The notes under the pieces: generated by a model | Database searches by the model: none | Told to the model about the DNA's origin: nothing | Seen by the model: the letters and a program-made list of their open reading frames with translations, nothing else | From: Nitrososphaeria archaeon | GTDB lineage: Archaea > Thermoproteota > Nitrososphaeria > Nitrososphaerales > JAAOZN01 | Direction of reading: 5' to 3' | Length of the DNA stretch: 64,000 nucleotides | Assembly: GCA_029775855.1 (NCBI GenBank) | Contig: JARVJZ010000004.1 | Coordinates: 128,001 to 192,000, forward strand | Part shown: in pieces, positions 38,055-48,800 of the stretch | How the letters are laid out: every line of letters starts with the position of its first letter | Numbering within the stretch: position 1 is the stretch's first letter | Position numbers and translations under genes: made by a program

Positions 38055-39122
38055 ATGCGTATGGAAAGCGTCGATATTGGGAGCCTACCTTTCCAAGGTG
38101 ACTATGAAAAGTTGAATAGAGGGGCTAGAGGTGAAGAACAACATTACTTTGAGAAGATAATAGTTGACTACTATGTTGGTAAAATAATGGCTGGGTTAGA
38201 TGTTGCGACCTACCCGCAGCTCAGAGACATGTGCGGCATGTTTCTTGATGAATTATCTGGTCTTGTTAAGGTTGAGGGGAAGTATGCTGCTCTGGACTCT
38301 CTTAAGCCTAGATGTAAAGGTATAGCTGAAGTCGATGTAATATTCAAGCATTCAAGGCGTATCTATGAGAAGGTCAACAAGCCGTTTAAGATGAGGGTTT
38401 GCCTGACAGGACCATATACACTTTCATCATTTCTAATCGAGTCAAATGTTGACCAAGTGTTAGATCTTGCTGAGGCTCTCTATCAGATAGCAGAAGGCTC
38501 TATTCACTCAAACAGCTATGGTTGCGTGGAGATGCTTGCTATAGAAGAGCCTCTTTTAGGGGTTGTAGACGACCCTAGGCTTGATTATGCTGGGGAGTGG
38601 AGTGAAGCCTTTTTGAGGGCTTGGGATAAAGTCTTCTACGCTGCCTCAAGTAAAGGTGTTTTATGCTCTATGCATTTACACAGCACATCGAACAAAATAT
38701 TCTGGGATGTAGATAGGCTCAACATAATCGAAGCAGAAGCGGATGACGATATATTTAGAGCAGAAAGAACGAGAAAACTACTTGAGCGGCTTGACAAGAA
38801 GCTGAAGGCAAGCATATGCATAACAGATGTAAACAGACTCGCTGAGAAAGCTGCAGAACATACACCACGCTACAGCACACTACCTGAGGAGCACCGGGTG
38901 GGTCAGCTATGGGCTGACATAAAGCGTGGAAAGGAGGATGCCACGATTCTTCTAGAGAGCGAAGAAGAGATTTCTGCAAGGCTCCAACAGACGATTAAAC
39001 TTGTAGGTCTGGAGAACATTCCTTACGCTGGTCCGGAATGCGGGTTAAAAGGTTTCTTAACTTTAGACAACGCGCTCCTCTACTTAAAGAGATGCAGCGA
39101 TGTGGTAAGGCGATTTGGTTAA
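38055..39122 (+). CDS. Core (single-barrel) methionine synthase-like protein
   Basis: DIGSLP, YPQLRDM, TGPYTL, EEP, HLH, GPECGL. Confidence 0.72.
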   Translation: MRMESVDIGSLPFQGDYEKLNRGARGEEQHYFEKIIVDYYVGKIMAGLDVATYPQLRDMCGMFLDELSGLVKVEGKYAALDSLKPRCKGIAEVDVIFKHSRRIYEKVNKPFKMRVCLTGPYTLSSFLIESNVDQVLDLAEALYQIAEGSIHSNSYGCVEMLAIEEPLLGVVDDPRLDYAGEWSEAFLRAWDKVFYAASSKGVLCSMHLHSTSNKIFWDVDRLNIIEAEADDDIFRAERTRKLLERLDKKLKASICITDVNRLAEKAAEHTPRYSTLPEEHRVGQLWADIKRGKEDATILLESEEEISARLQQTIKLVGLENIPYAGPECGLKGFLTLDNALLYLKRCSDVVRRFG

Positions 39123-40608
39123 GTATAGACTCAATCCAACAATCTACGAGGTTAACACGCTACTGTGGCTTAACCAGCTCAGAGAAGTTTACGGCTCAGA
39201 TCTAACCCTTTCTAGGGTGCCTTACGAGGAGTGGCTGCGACTTAAGAAGCAAGGTTTCGACTACATTTGGCTCATGGGTGTATGGAAAAGGAGTAGTAAA
39301 AGTAGGGAAATAGCGATGAATATAGATGCGCTAAAGGCTCAGTACTCCTTAGCCCTACCAGAGTGGAAGCCTGAGGATGTTGTCGGTTCACCATACGCTA
39401 TACAAACCTATGATGTTGACCCGTTGTTAGGTAGGCTAGAGGATCTGAAGGAAGTTAGGAAGATTTTGAACGAGTTAAACATAGGGCTTATACTTGATTA
39501 TGTGCCTAACCATGTTGCTATCGACCATCCTTGGGTCTTTAAGCATCCTGATTACTTCATATGCGTTGATGCAGCAGAAGCTGAGAGAAACCCACCTCAC
39601 TATACCGTTGTCGATTTAGGCTCTGAAAGAGTATTTATTGCACACGGCAGAGACCCCTATTTTCCACCTTGGACTGATACGGTTCAAATCAATATATTCT
39701 GCGCTGAGGCTAGAGAGGCACTTATTGAAGTTCTTGAGTTGATTTCAAGTCTTTGTGATGGTGTTAGATGTGATGTGGCTATGTTGCTGCTTAATGATGT
39801 CTTTGAAAGAACTTGGGGTCATCTGCTTAAGAAGCTCAGATTTTCAAGAAGCGGCGAAGAGTTTTGGAGAGAGGCTATATCTCGAGTGAAGACGCTAAAC
39901 CCAGACTTTAATATGATAGCTGAAGTCTATTGGGGTCTTCAAGATCGATTGCTAGACCTTGGCTTCGACTATGTGTATGATAAGGATCTTTATGACAGTT
40001 TATTTAATGAGCAACTTGAAGCCTTAAAGCGGTGCACCTCAATAAATGTCAGCAGACAGAGCAGATATGTTAGGTTCACAGAGAACCACGACGAGATAAG
40101 AGCGGTGAACGCCTTCGGGAGGGAGAGGTCTATGGCAGCTTCACTTATAACCTACACTACACCGTCTATGAGGCTGTTCCACCAAGGGCAGCTCGAAGGC
40201 AGACGCATAAAGGCACCACTTCAACTCCAAAGGATAAAGAGCGAGGATGTCGACGAAGAGATACAAAGATTCTACAACGATTTATTAAATTTGTTGAACA
40301 CCAATACACTACATAACGGAGACTGGCGCCTCTTAACTGTAGAGGGAGCTCAGACCGTCTTCGGCTGGATATGGGAATATGATTTAGAAAGTGTGTTGAT
40401 CTGCGTAAACTACTCGGGCAGAGAAGCTGAGTGTAGCGTTAAAGTCGATGGATTGACAAACATACCACTTAACATCACACCCTTTTTCAGAAAAGGTGCT
40501 ACACTTATCGATGCAGAGAAGGATTATGTTAGACTCAGATTTGAGCCTTACGGGTTTTGGCTAAGTCGGATGGTTTCTCACCCTCCTAATCAGCAGAATG
40601 AAGGGTAG
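39115..40608 (+). CDS. GH13 alpha-amylase family glycosidase
   Basis: LDYVPNH, GVRCDVA, AEVY, ENHDE. Confidence 0.88.
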   Translation: MVKYRLNPTIYEVNTLLWLNQLREVYGSDLTLSRVPYEEWLRLKKQGFDYIWLMGVWKRSSKSREIAMNIDALKAQYSLALPEWKPEDVVGSPYAIQTYDVDPLLGRLEDLKEVRKILNELNIGLILDYVPNHVAIDHPWVFKHPDYFICVDAAEAERNPPHYTVVDLGSERVFIAHGRDPYFPPWTDTVQINIFCAEAREALIEVLELISSLCDGVRCDVAMLLLNDVFERTWGHLLKKLRFSRSGEEFWREAISRVKTLNPDFNMIAEVYWGLQDRLLDLGFDYVYDKDLYDSLFNEQLEALKRCTSINVSRQSRYVRFTENHDEIRAVNAFGRERSMAASLITYTTPSMRLFHQGQLEGRRIKAPLQLQRIKSEDVDEEIQRFYNDLLNLLNTNTLHNGDWRLLTVEGAQTVFGWIWEYDLESVLICVNYSGREAECSVKVDGLTNIPLNITPFFRKGATLIDAEKDYVRLRFEPYGFWLSRMVSHPPNQQNEG

Positions 40609-41718
40609 AACAGAAGATAACTCAATCAAAATAGAGAAGGCTACAATATACACATACCCCAAATTATAGAGCCAACCTATCACACTACCGCCTACAAACC
40701 ACGAAAAGCCGAGCACAGCGTTAAGAGCACCGAATCCAAACCCTCTTTTTACTGCCGGAAGAATGCTGGCGGCGCCAGCCCTCAAAATAGTCTCGTGCAG
40801 ACCCATAACTACACCCCAAAGCAGCGAGGCGAGGACAATCAAAGCATAGCTCTGCGTAAAAGCAAACACAGAAATTAGGGCTGTAAACGCCGGTATGATA
40901 CTTAGCATAAGTAGCCCAAATCTGTCGAAGAATCGGCCTACACCAAGCGCTGCAACCGCATCAAAGACCATAGCCAAAGAGAACAGCAGAGGTATATCAG
41001 CGTCTGCAAAACCCAAAGTATTCATGTGATAAGCCATGAGTTGAAAAGGAGCAAACCCGGCGACACTCAACCCAACGAATAAAAGATACGCTTTAACCAA
41101 CCCCGTCTCGCTAACCTCTCCCAATCTAGAGCTCTTCTCCATCCTCTCTGGCTTAGGATACGCTTTAGCAACAAAAGCTAGTATGATTAGAGCAAGTAGT
41201 GCCGGTAAAGCCAAAAAAGCGAAACCTTCACGATACCCGCCACCTAAAAGAAAAACTGCCGCAACTAGAGTAGGCCCCAATACCGCCCCAACTTGATCTA
41301 AAGCTTCGTGTAAAGCATACCCCTTACCTAACCCTATATTTGAAGACGCATAAGAAATGATTACATCTCTAGCCGGAGTTCTGACAGCCTTACCTAAGCG
41401 CTCAGCAAAGATCAGCATAGCAGCCAATTCCCATCGACCAACAAAAGCTAGAAGAGGAACTGAAACAAGATTCACAAAATACCCTAGGAAGAGTATCGGC
41501 CAATAACTCTTAGATCTATCAATCAGCGCCCCTGAAGCTAAACGGAGACCATACCCTAGAAGTTCACTGAAGCCGCTTACAAACCCTACCGTAAGGGCGG
41601 AAGCGCCTAAGATAGCGAGGTAAGGTCCGACTATACTTCTAGCACCCTCATATGTGACATCAGCGAGGAGACTTACTAACCCTAAAAGCAGAATAAGGTT
41701 TAACGCTTGGCTACGCAC
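40561..41718 (-). CDS. MFS transporter (start moved to GTG 41718)
   Basis: GLVSLLADVTYEGARS, ERLGKAVRTPARD, ALDQVGA; the longer track start overlaps the divergent gene. Confidence 0.85.
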   Translation of the reverse strand: MRSQALNLILLLGLVSLLADVTYEGARSIVGPYLAILGASALTVGFVSGFSELLGYGLRLASGALIDRSKSYWPILFLGYFVNLVSVPLLAFVGRWELAAMLIFAERLGKAVRTPARDVIISYASSNIGLGKGYALHEALDQVGAVLGPTLVAAVFLLGGGYREGFAFLALPALLALIILAFVAKAYPKPERMEKSSRLGEVSETGLVKAYLLFVGLSVAGFAPFQLMAYHMNTLGFADADIPLLFSLAMVFDAVAALGVGRFFDRFGLLMLSIIPAFTALISVFAFTQSYALIVLASLLWGVVMGLHETILRAGAASILPAVKRGFGFGALNAVLGFSWFVGGSVIGWLYNLGYVYIVAFSILIELSSVLPFILLIRRVRNHPT

Positions 41719-41780
41719 ACCACACCAATATACTCTAAGGGGAAAAGGTTTTAGAATGTTACCCAACAAACGAATAGAAG

Positions 41781-42560
41781 ATGAGTTCTGAACCATTCTA
41801 CCATGTGAGGGTAAAGGAAGGCGAGGTGGGCAGACTCGCACTCTTACCCGGAGACCCAGCTAGGGTAAAATTGATAGGCGAACAACTTAAAGAACCAAAG
41901 ATAATAGCTTCACACAGAGAGTTCACAGTATTGAATGGGTATCTAGATGATGAATTAGTTACTGTATGCTCAACAGGCATAGGTGGGCCATCTGCTGCTA
42001 TAGCGGTTGAAGAGCTCTCTCGAGCCGGTGTAAAGACGATGATAAGAGTAGGCACCTGCGGCGCAATACAAAGAGAAGTGAAGATTGGTGATCTCGTAAT
42101 AGCAACTGCAGCGGTGAGACTCGATGGTACTTCAAAGCAGTATGTTGTGCCTGAATACCCAGCTGTAGCATCACCACAGATAGTCTACGCGCTATCTAAG
42201 GCTGCAAAAGAGCTTGGCTTCAGATTCCACATCGGCTTATGCGCTTCTACAGACGCATTCTATATAGGGCAGGGTAGACATGGCTTCCAAGGCTTTCGCA
42301 CAGCTGAAAGCAGAAGCATATCATATTTGATGCGTAGACTGAGGGTTCTTTGCTTCGAGATGGAGGCTTCAACTATATTCACCTTATCGACAATATATGG
42401 GCTGAGGGCTGGCGCAGTCTTTGTAGCCATACCAGCAAAAGCATCAGACCCAGATAGGTTGGGACACGAGCTAAGAGTCTCAAAGAGCGCAGTAGAAGCC
42501 CTAAGAATATTGATGAAGTGGGATAAAGAGGCAGAAGGAGGCATATGGCTGCCCAAGTAG
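41781..42560 (+). CDS. Nucleoside (uridine-type) phosphorylase
   Basis: LPGDPAR, STGIGGPSA, IRVGTCG, EME. Confidence 0.9.
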   Translation: MSSEPFYHVRVKEGEVGRLALLPGDPARVKLIGEQLKEPKIIASHREFTVLNGYLDDELVTVCSTGIGGPSAAIAVEELSRAGVKTMIRVGTCGAIQREVKIGDLVIATAAVRLDGTSKQYVVPEYPAVASPQIVYALSKAAKELGFRFHIGLCASTDAFYIGQGRHGFQGFRTAESRSISYLMRRLRVLCFEMEASTIFTLSTIYGLRAGAVFVAIPAKASDPDRLGHELRVSKSAVEALRILMKWDKEAEGGIWLPK

Positions 42561-43204
42561 GTAGAAGCACGCTAAAAAAGATCATAGCGGCGATAGACGA
42601 AGGTAAATTAAACTTAGATGAGTTTAGGAAGGCAGCTGCTCTTACAGAACCGTTATTCAAGGAAGGAAGCGCTCTGCTGTCATCAAATCAAATCGGCATC
42701 TGGAGTGATTATACAGTGACATTTAGAAGAGGAGACAAGATGAAGGCTGCACTACTACTCTGCAAAATGGGCGAACCCTTGAATGAGGTCGCCAAGATGC
42801 TAAAATGGTCTGAATTCGAAGACTTCGCAGCAACACTTCTGGAAGGCGAAGGCTACTCTGTTAGAAGGAGGGTTAGGTTAAAGAAGCCGAAGTGTGAAAT
42901 AGATATAGTTGCTGCTAAAGATGACTTAGCCTTAATCATAGACTGCAAACACTGGCGTAGATCCGGAGGAACCTCAACGATAAGTAAAGTGGTAGACGCC
43001 CAAATAAATAGGGCAAAAGCCCTTGCCGCAAATAAACCGAGCTTTATGAGCGGGTGTGATAAGTTTCTTACAGTCATTCTGACACTTTACAGCGAAAGTT
43101 TCACTATGCTAAAAGGCGTTCCTATCGTGCCTATTAACCTACTCTCAGACTTTATACTGAAGATAAGAGGCTACCTAAACGAAGTGAATATCATAAAAAA
43201 CTAA
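42545..43204 (+). CDS. PD-(D/E)xK restriction-endonuclease-like/NERD protein
   Basis: WSEFEDF, EIDIVA, IDCKHW, VPIVP. Confidence 0.78.
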   Translation: MAAQVGRSTLKKIIAAIDEGKLNLDEFRKAAALTEPLFKEGSALLSSNQIGIWSDYTVTFRRGDKMKAALLLCKMGEPLNEVAKMLKWSEFEDFAATLLEGEGYSVRRRVRLKKPKCEIDIVAAKDDLALIIDCKHWRRSGGTSTISKVVDAQINRAKALAANKPSFMSGCDKFLTVILTLYSESFTMLKGVPIVPINLLSDFILKIRGYLNEVNIIKN

Positions 43205-44328
43205 AGAAGGCTAGTTGGATCACATATAGGTAGAGCCATCGTAGACACATATTCATTAAGACGCTCAACAACAGCGCTCGGCTCAGCATCCTCAACTCTA
43301 AACTCTAGAAGCCTCTGAAGAGGTATGGGTGTAGATATAAGACCAGTCTTATAATGCATAGATAGAGGTGCTCTCACATCACCCATAGGTTTAAGAAGCG
43401 ACCAATCGACAAGAATCTGCTTCAACCTCTTCTCCTTATGCGCAACTTGTGATGTAGTAAACCCAGCTTCTAAATCAACCATATCTCTAAATCGGTCGAT
43501 AAACGATCTATCAGATCTAAGCCTCCGCTCAAGCTCAGCCTGAACCTTGACGGCTATTTTCCTATAGGCTTTAAAGACATCACCTCTATGTTTAAGTGAA
43601 GTGTTATCAAGCCTAGCCCAGATCTGAAACCCCCTTGAGCCACTAAACTTAACCATAACCGTGATACCATACTCTGTAAGCATTTCAGCCAGCCTATATG
43701 TGACCTCCTTCAGCAGCTGGAAACCGTCTTCAACTCTAAGAAGCTCTCCGCCAGCATCTAGATCTAGCACAAAAAAGTCTGGCTCACTGGAGTTTAAGGT
43801 GTGTATGTAGGGTATAAAGTCAACGCAGTGGTCATAAACCAACTCAATAAGCCTCTCCTTACTACCTATAGTCAAGAGCTGCGGCTTAGGCTTATACTTC
43901 GCATACCTCACAAATATCGCCTCAACTTCATTAAGCGGATCTTTCTTACCAGAAAAGACCTTAACCGCTGATACAGCTCTATCTTTAAGGAAGGGCATCA
44001 TATAATCTGCCACCCTTGGGTAGTAATCTTTAGCAACCCAAACCCTAAGGTAAGAGGTGTTTAAGAGTGCTCCTACACGCTCAGCACACCTCCGTACTAC
44101 ATCGTCAAGCAGATCAGTCTTAGCGAAGCCTTCAACACCCTTCACAACAAATCCACTTGCAACCATCTTACCTAAAGCCTTTTGAACCTCATCAACACCA
44201 ACCTTCCTCTGCTCAGCAGCCTCCACATCTCTAGCCACCTTAGAATACAAGTGTTCAAAATCAACAAACTTCCCAGGCTCCTTTATGGCTAATAGTAGAG
44301 CAAGCCTCTCTTCGACAGTAGCCCTCAC
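43201..44328 (-). CDS. Stand-alone LigD-type archaeo-eukaryotic primase-polymerase with N-terminal wHTH-like extension
   Basis: PDFFVLDLDA, KFSGSRGFQI, ILVDW, RAPLS, ISTPI. Confidence 0.78.
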   Translation of the reverse strand: MRATVEERLALLLAIKEPGKFVDFEHLYSKVARDVEAAEQRKVGVDEVQKALGKMVASGFVVKGVEGFAKTDLLDDVVRRCAERVGALLNTSYLRVWVAKDYYPRVADYMMPFLKDRAVSAVKVFSGKKDPLNEVEAIFVRYAKYKPKPQLLTIGSKERLIELVYDHCVDFIPYIHTLNSSEPDFFVLDLDAGGELLRVEDGFQLLKEVTYRLAEMLTEYGITVMVKFSGSRGFQIWARLDNTSLKHRGDVFKAYRKIAVKVQAELERRLRSDRSFIDRFRDMVDLEAGFTTSQVAHKEKRLKQILVDWSLLKPMGDVRAPLSMHYKTGLISTPIPLQRLLEFRVEDAEPSAVVERLNEYVSTMALPICDPTSLL

Positions 44329-44348
44329 ACCAACACACCCCTCTTTTC

Positions 44349-44410
44349 GGAGTCTCAGCCTAATGCCTTATCTTCACACATCAGATCAACTCTGAGCCAT
44401 CATCGACTCC
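44349..44410 (-). ncRNA. C/D box sRNA (dual guide)
   Basis: GGAGTC stem, box C ATGATGG, 12-nt guide CTCAGAGTTGAT, box D' CTGA, box C' GTGAAGA, 12-nt guide TAAGGCATTAGG, box D CTGA, GACTCC stem. Confidence 0.85.
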
Positions 44411-44495
44411 ACTACTATAAGAAAAAGGTTAGATATTAGCGTTAAACCAGCTACACAACCAAAACTCTTTAGAGCGTATCATCAGAGGCTAAGAT

Positions 44496-45656
44496 GTGCA
44501 AGAAAAGAAAGCGTTTCTTCTACCAGCCTTCGCCCTCGGGCACACAGCCCACCACCTATACACAGCCATAATACCGGCGCTTCTACCCATCTTTAAATCT
44601 ACATTCAACCTAACCTATGTTGAGACAGCACTACTGCCCACAGCGTTCCAAGTAGGCTTAACAGCCCAGATAATCGTAGGACTCTACTCAGACAAAACCA
44701 CAAAACGAAGCATAATAGTATCACTAGGACTCGCAGCAACAGCAGTCGCAATAGCGGCGCTAAGCCTAGCCAACGCATACCCCTCACTCCTAATAACATC
44801 CTTCCTAGCGGGTGTCGCAGCGAGCACATACCACCCAGCTGGCACAACACTTGTCACAGAACACTACCCACAAAAAATGGGTTTCGCACTAGGCATACAC
44901 GCAATAGGAGGCGGATTAGGAACATCACTAGGGCCAATAATGCTCGGCGCCTTAGCCGCAACCCTAACATGGCAAGAAGCCCTCTACATTATAACCCTAC
45001 CCGGCTTAATAACCTCCCTAATATACTCAAAGCTTGTAAAAGATGTCTGGACATTTAAGCCAGAATCACAAAAGCAGTCTAAAACGCAAGAAGATGTCAT
45101 GCGACGAATCGCACCTACACTAACTATCTTTCTAGCAGCCTACCTCATGGGGCAGTTCGCAGCCGAAACAATGGTAGATTTTATACCACTATACCTCACA
45201 GCAACCTTCCTAGTCGCAGCGCCTATAGCAGCCATACTACTAGGACTAATGCGCATACTAGGCGTAATAGGCGGACCAATAGGAGGGCTCATAGTAGACA
45301 AACTAGGCTCAAAACGCATCGTAAGCCTCAGCTTCTTAGGTCAAGCAGCCTGCATACTACTCCTACTCCAAATGGAACTAGGGGGAAACCTCTATCTGCT
45401 GCTAGCCTTAATGGGATTCTTCTTCGCCATCCAGATACCAGCAGGCAACGCATACCTCGCCAAACTCGTGCCAGAAAGAAGAAGAGGCACAGCATACGCA
45501 ATATTCTTCACCGCAAACGTAGCCTGGGCAGCGCTTGTCCCACCCATCTCAGGAGCAATCATAGAAGCCTATAACTTCCACACAGCATTCACAACAGCAG
45601 CACTAATCTGCGCAGCAGGAGCCACAATAATGCTTACTCTCAAAGAGCCTAAGTGA
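44496..45656 (+). CDS. MFS transporter (FSR-like)
   Basis: ~12 TM; GLYSDKT, YHPAG, GLIVDKLG. Confidence 0.88.
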   Translation: MQEKKAFLLPAFALGHTAHHLYTAIIPALLPIFKSTFNLTYVETALLPTAFQVGLTAQIIVGLYSDKTTKRSIIVSLGLAATAVAIAALSLANAYPSLLITSFLAGVAASTYHPAGTTLVTEHYPQKMGFALGIHAIGGGLGTSLGPIMLGALAATLTWQEALYIITLPGLITSLIYSKLVKDVWTFKPESQKQSKTQEDVMRRIAPTLTIFLAAYLMGQFAAETMVDFIPLYLTATFLVAAPIAAILLGLMRILGVIGGPIGGLIVDKLGSKRIVSLSFLGQAACILLLLQMELGGNLYLLLALMGFFFAIQIPAGNAYLAKLVPERRRGTAYAIFFTANVAWAALVPPISGAIIEAYNFHTAFTTAALICAAGATIMLTLKEPK

Positions 45657-45693
45657 AAAAGATTTAGGTATCAACCAAGCCAACCCACTTAGA

Positions 45694-45767
45694 GCCCCGG
45701 TAGCTTAGCCCAGCAAAGCGCCTGCCTCGTAAGCAGGAGATCGCGGGTGCAAATCCCGCTCGGGGCT
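45694..45767 (+). tRNA. tRNA-Thr(CGT) with A18 and G55
   Basis: GCCCCGG/TCGGGGC acceptor with T73; anticodon arm CCTGC-CTCGTAA-GCAGG; D loop AGCCCAGCA; T loop TGCAAAT. Confidence 0.9.
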
Positions 45768-45835
45768 TTTCTACTACAATAAATATTTTCAGGAAGAGAT
45801 ATTTACTTAAATAATCTGAGGGTTGGTTTGAAGGA

Positions 45836-48800
45836 ATGTCTCTGCTCGATAGATACGCAGCAAACACTGTTAAGCGTCCCAAAACACTTATAGCGGTAGC
45901 TGTGGTTATTATAATACTGCTAAGTTTTAATGCTCCACACCTGGATGAGTACATCCTGTATAGCATCGACCTGTTCATACCCACTACACTTGAAGCGAAG
46001 AGGACCCAAGAGATTATCAGTACAAAGATAGGTGTGGAACAAGCTGACGTGGAGTTTATTGTAGTAGAAGCAGATGGATCCAGACTTTTCTCAGAGGATG
46101 GACGGCTACTACTATCTAGGCTAACTAGGGGTTTAGAAGAGAGCAGTGGTGTGACTCTGAAGGGAGTTAGGGAGGTAGTAAGTATCACAAAGGTCTATGA
46201 CGAGGTGCTTAACGTATATTGGCTGAAGATGAATGAAACTTATCGCAATATAGAAGATTTTGTGAGAAGTAATCTAACCAAGCTCCATCTAGCATTTTAT
46301 GAAATGGTAGACAGCTTACACACACTACACACACAGCTTTACCACACTCTAAATAACCTAACCGCAGCATCCGAAATAGTATACGGAGTACCTGCACTAT
46401 ACCTCAAAGTTTGGAGTAATACAGTGGAACAAATGTTTAAAGCTAACCCTACACGCCCAATATCAACCAAGCTCGTTAACGAATTAGCGTTTAACACATC
46501 TTTAGCAATGCTACCAGCTGACGGTCGAGCTTTAACCGAAAGCTACCTTAAAGCATTCTACAGCGCTTGGTCCTCAAGCTTAAAGGAAGACTTTTTGAGT
46601 TTAAGCGACCTTACACCACAAAATCTTTATGGGAGAGCCCAAGAAGCCATAGACTCAACCGCCCCTCTTATATTTAATTCTGCTACTCTCGGCAAAGCTT
46701 CCCTGTTATTCACAAAAGTCCATAATATAATGAATCTAACAACGTGGTTAGATGCATCTCTAAGGCATGACTTGCTAAAGGATGTAACAATTACTCTAGT
46801 ATCTGAAGAGGCTGGTCTAGAACCTGAGAGCGTGAAGAAAGTTTTCAACTTAGGTGCTGAAATTTCAGAGCAAGAACTGAATAAATTAACCGTAGACTTG
46901 TTGAGCGAAAGGCAGGTTGCTAATAGGACTCTACTCGAGACATGCTTAGAGCTAGGTCGTAACCCAACCAGTGAAGAGATAGACGCTGTCGTAAAGAGCG
47001 TCACATCAAAGCTGTTTGAGGATATTAAAGCTCGTTTTCCAAAACCAAGTTTCCCAGAAAGCATCCCAAAAGATCTGTATAACAGATTTGTGAGCAGTGA
47101 TAATAAAACTACCATCATTATAGTAAGATTTAACCACAACCTAACCGAGTCAGAAAAGGAAGCCAACATTAAGAGCTTACATAACATAGTTGAAGAAGTG
47201 AAAGAGCCCAGCTTCACAATTCTACTTACAGGACCGATGAGCCTCTCTCACGACATCAAAAGCATAAACACTAGAGACATAGAGAATATAGATAAAGCGA
47301 CTATCATAGTTGTGTTTATACTCGGTGCTTTTGTGTTAACCTCGTTAGTAGTACCATCCATATCGCTGATAACCGTAGGCGCAGCGCTTTTTGCTGCCTT
47401 AGGCCTATTGACCCTCTTATCTTCAATAGGCTTCAAACCCTACTACCTGCTAAGAAGTATGATAAGCGTAGTCACGTTAGGTGCTGGCGTAGATTATGTG
47501 ATCTTTATGCTCTTTAGATACCTTGAGGAGCGAACTATTCAAAGTGATAATTCTGTAGCGGTTAAGAGGACGGCTTTACACGCTGGCGGCGCAGTAGTTC
47601 TAAGCGCATCGGCTGTCATCATCGGCTTCCTCAGCCTAACACTCTCAGAAATAGGCATCCTTCGAAGCATAGGCCTTGGTCTAGCGATAGGCATACTCAT
47701 AACCCTAGCAGCTGCTCTATTAATAATACCCTCAACGCTCTTTATAGTTAAAGAGAGGATTCTTTGGCCAAGGAAGAGGATCCCAACACACGCAGCCAGA
47801 ATAGTCCTCTTCAGGAGGATGGCACACTACTGTGTGTCAAAACCTAAAAAGATTCTGGCAATAGGGTTATTAATAACAGTAGCATTAGGCGTAATACTCT
47901 CCACAATAACCGTCACGTTTAACGACATAGAAATGTTGCCTCCCTTTGAATCTAAGGAAGGTGTGGAACACATTCTTAACGCATTCGGGGCGGCACCATT
48001 CTCACAAGCCCAAGTTGTAGTATTAAGTAAAGAGCCCCTCTTCTATGACACAATAATTAACGTTGGACTTTACCTAGCGTTAGACAGGCTCGGCCAAGAA
48101 GTATCTGCTGTAGATGGTGTAGTCGCTCACTACACGTTAGGCCCGACGAGACCAAATGGTACTTATATTTCGCCAGAAGAAGCTGATAAAAGCATCATTA
48201 AGCAGTTCATGGATAAAGAAGGTAAAATCTTCCTCATCACGACAAGCCTCAAACACTTTTACACAAGCGACGAAGCGTTTAGAACGATCAAATCTATTAG
48301 GGAAAAGGCTGCAGAGCTTGTTAGAGAAGAAAAAGCGTTGAGTGGGGCAGAGATTCTGGTCGGGGGTAGCGCTGCATTTTACTATGATATAATGAGCAAG
48401 ATAAACGCCGACTTCCTCTACTTTATAATCCCTGTGGCGTGTGTAAGTATCTTCTTAATACTTTTGATTGCATTAGGCTCCTTTATCATCCCGCTTCGGC
48501 TTCTTGCAACAACAGCGATGAGCGTAGTGTGGTCTCTTGCTCTTCTAGTTTTAGTATTCCAACATTGGTTAGGCTTCCAGATATACTGGCTTACACCATT
48601 CCTGACCTTTGCTCTACTTATGGGGCTAGGTATGGACTACGACATCTTCCTCATAACAAGAGTTAGAGAAGAAGCCCTTAAAGGTTTCAGTGACGAGCAA
48701 GCAGTCGTTAACGCCGTAGAGAAAACTGGTTTGGTGCTTACCGGCGCAGGCTTGATACTAGGCTCGGCTCTTGCCACACTTATGCTCAGCCCAAATATAG

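Noticed and set aside
45664-46188. 174-aa minus-strand ORF, and other short antisense ORFs in the track such as 60961-61158 and 61582-62073
   Set aside because: They are shadows of well-supported genes or tRNAs and carry no motifs.
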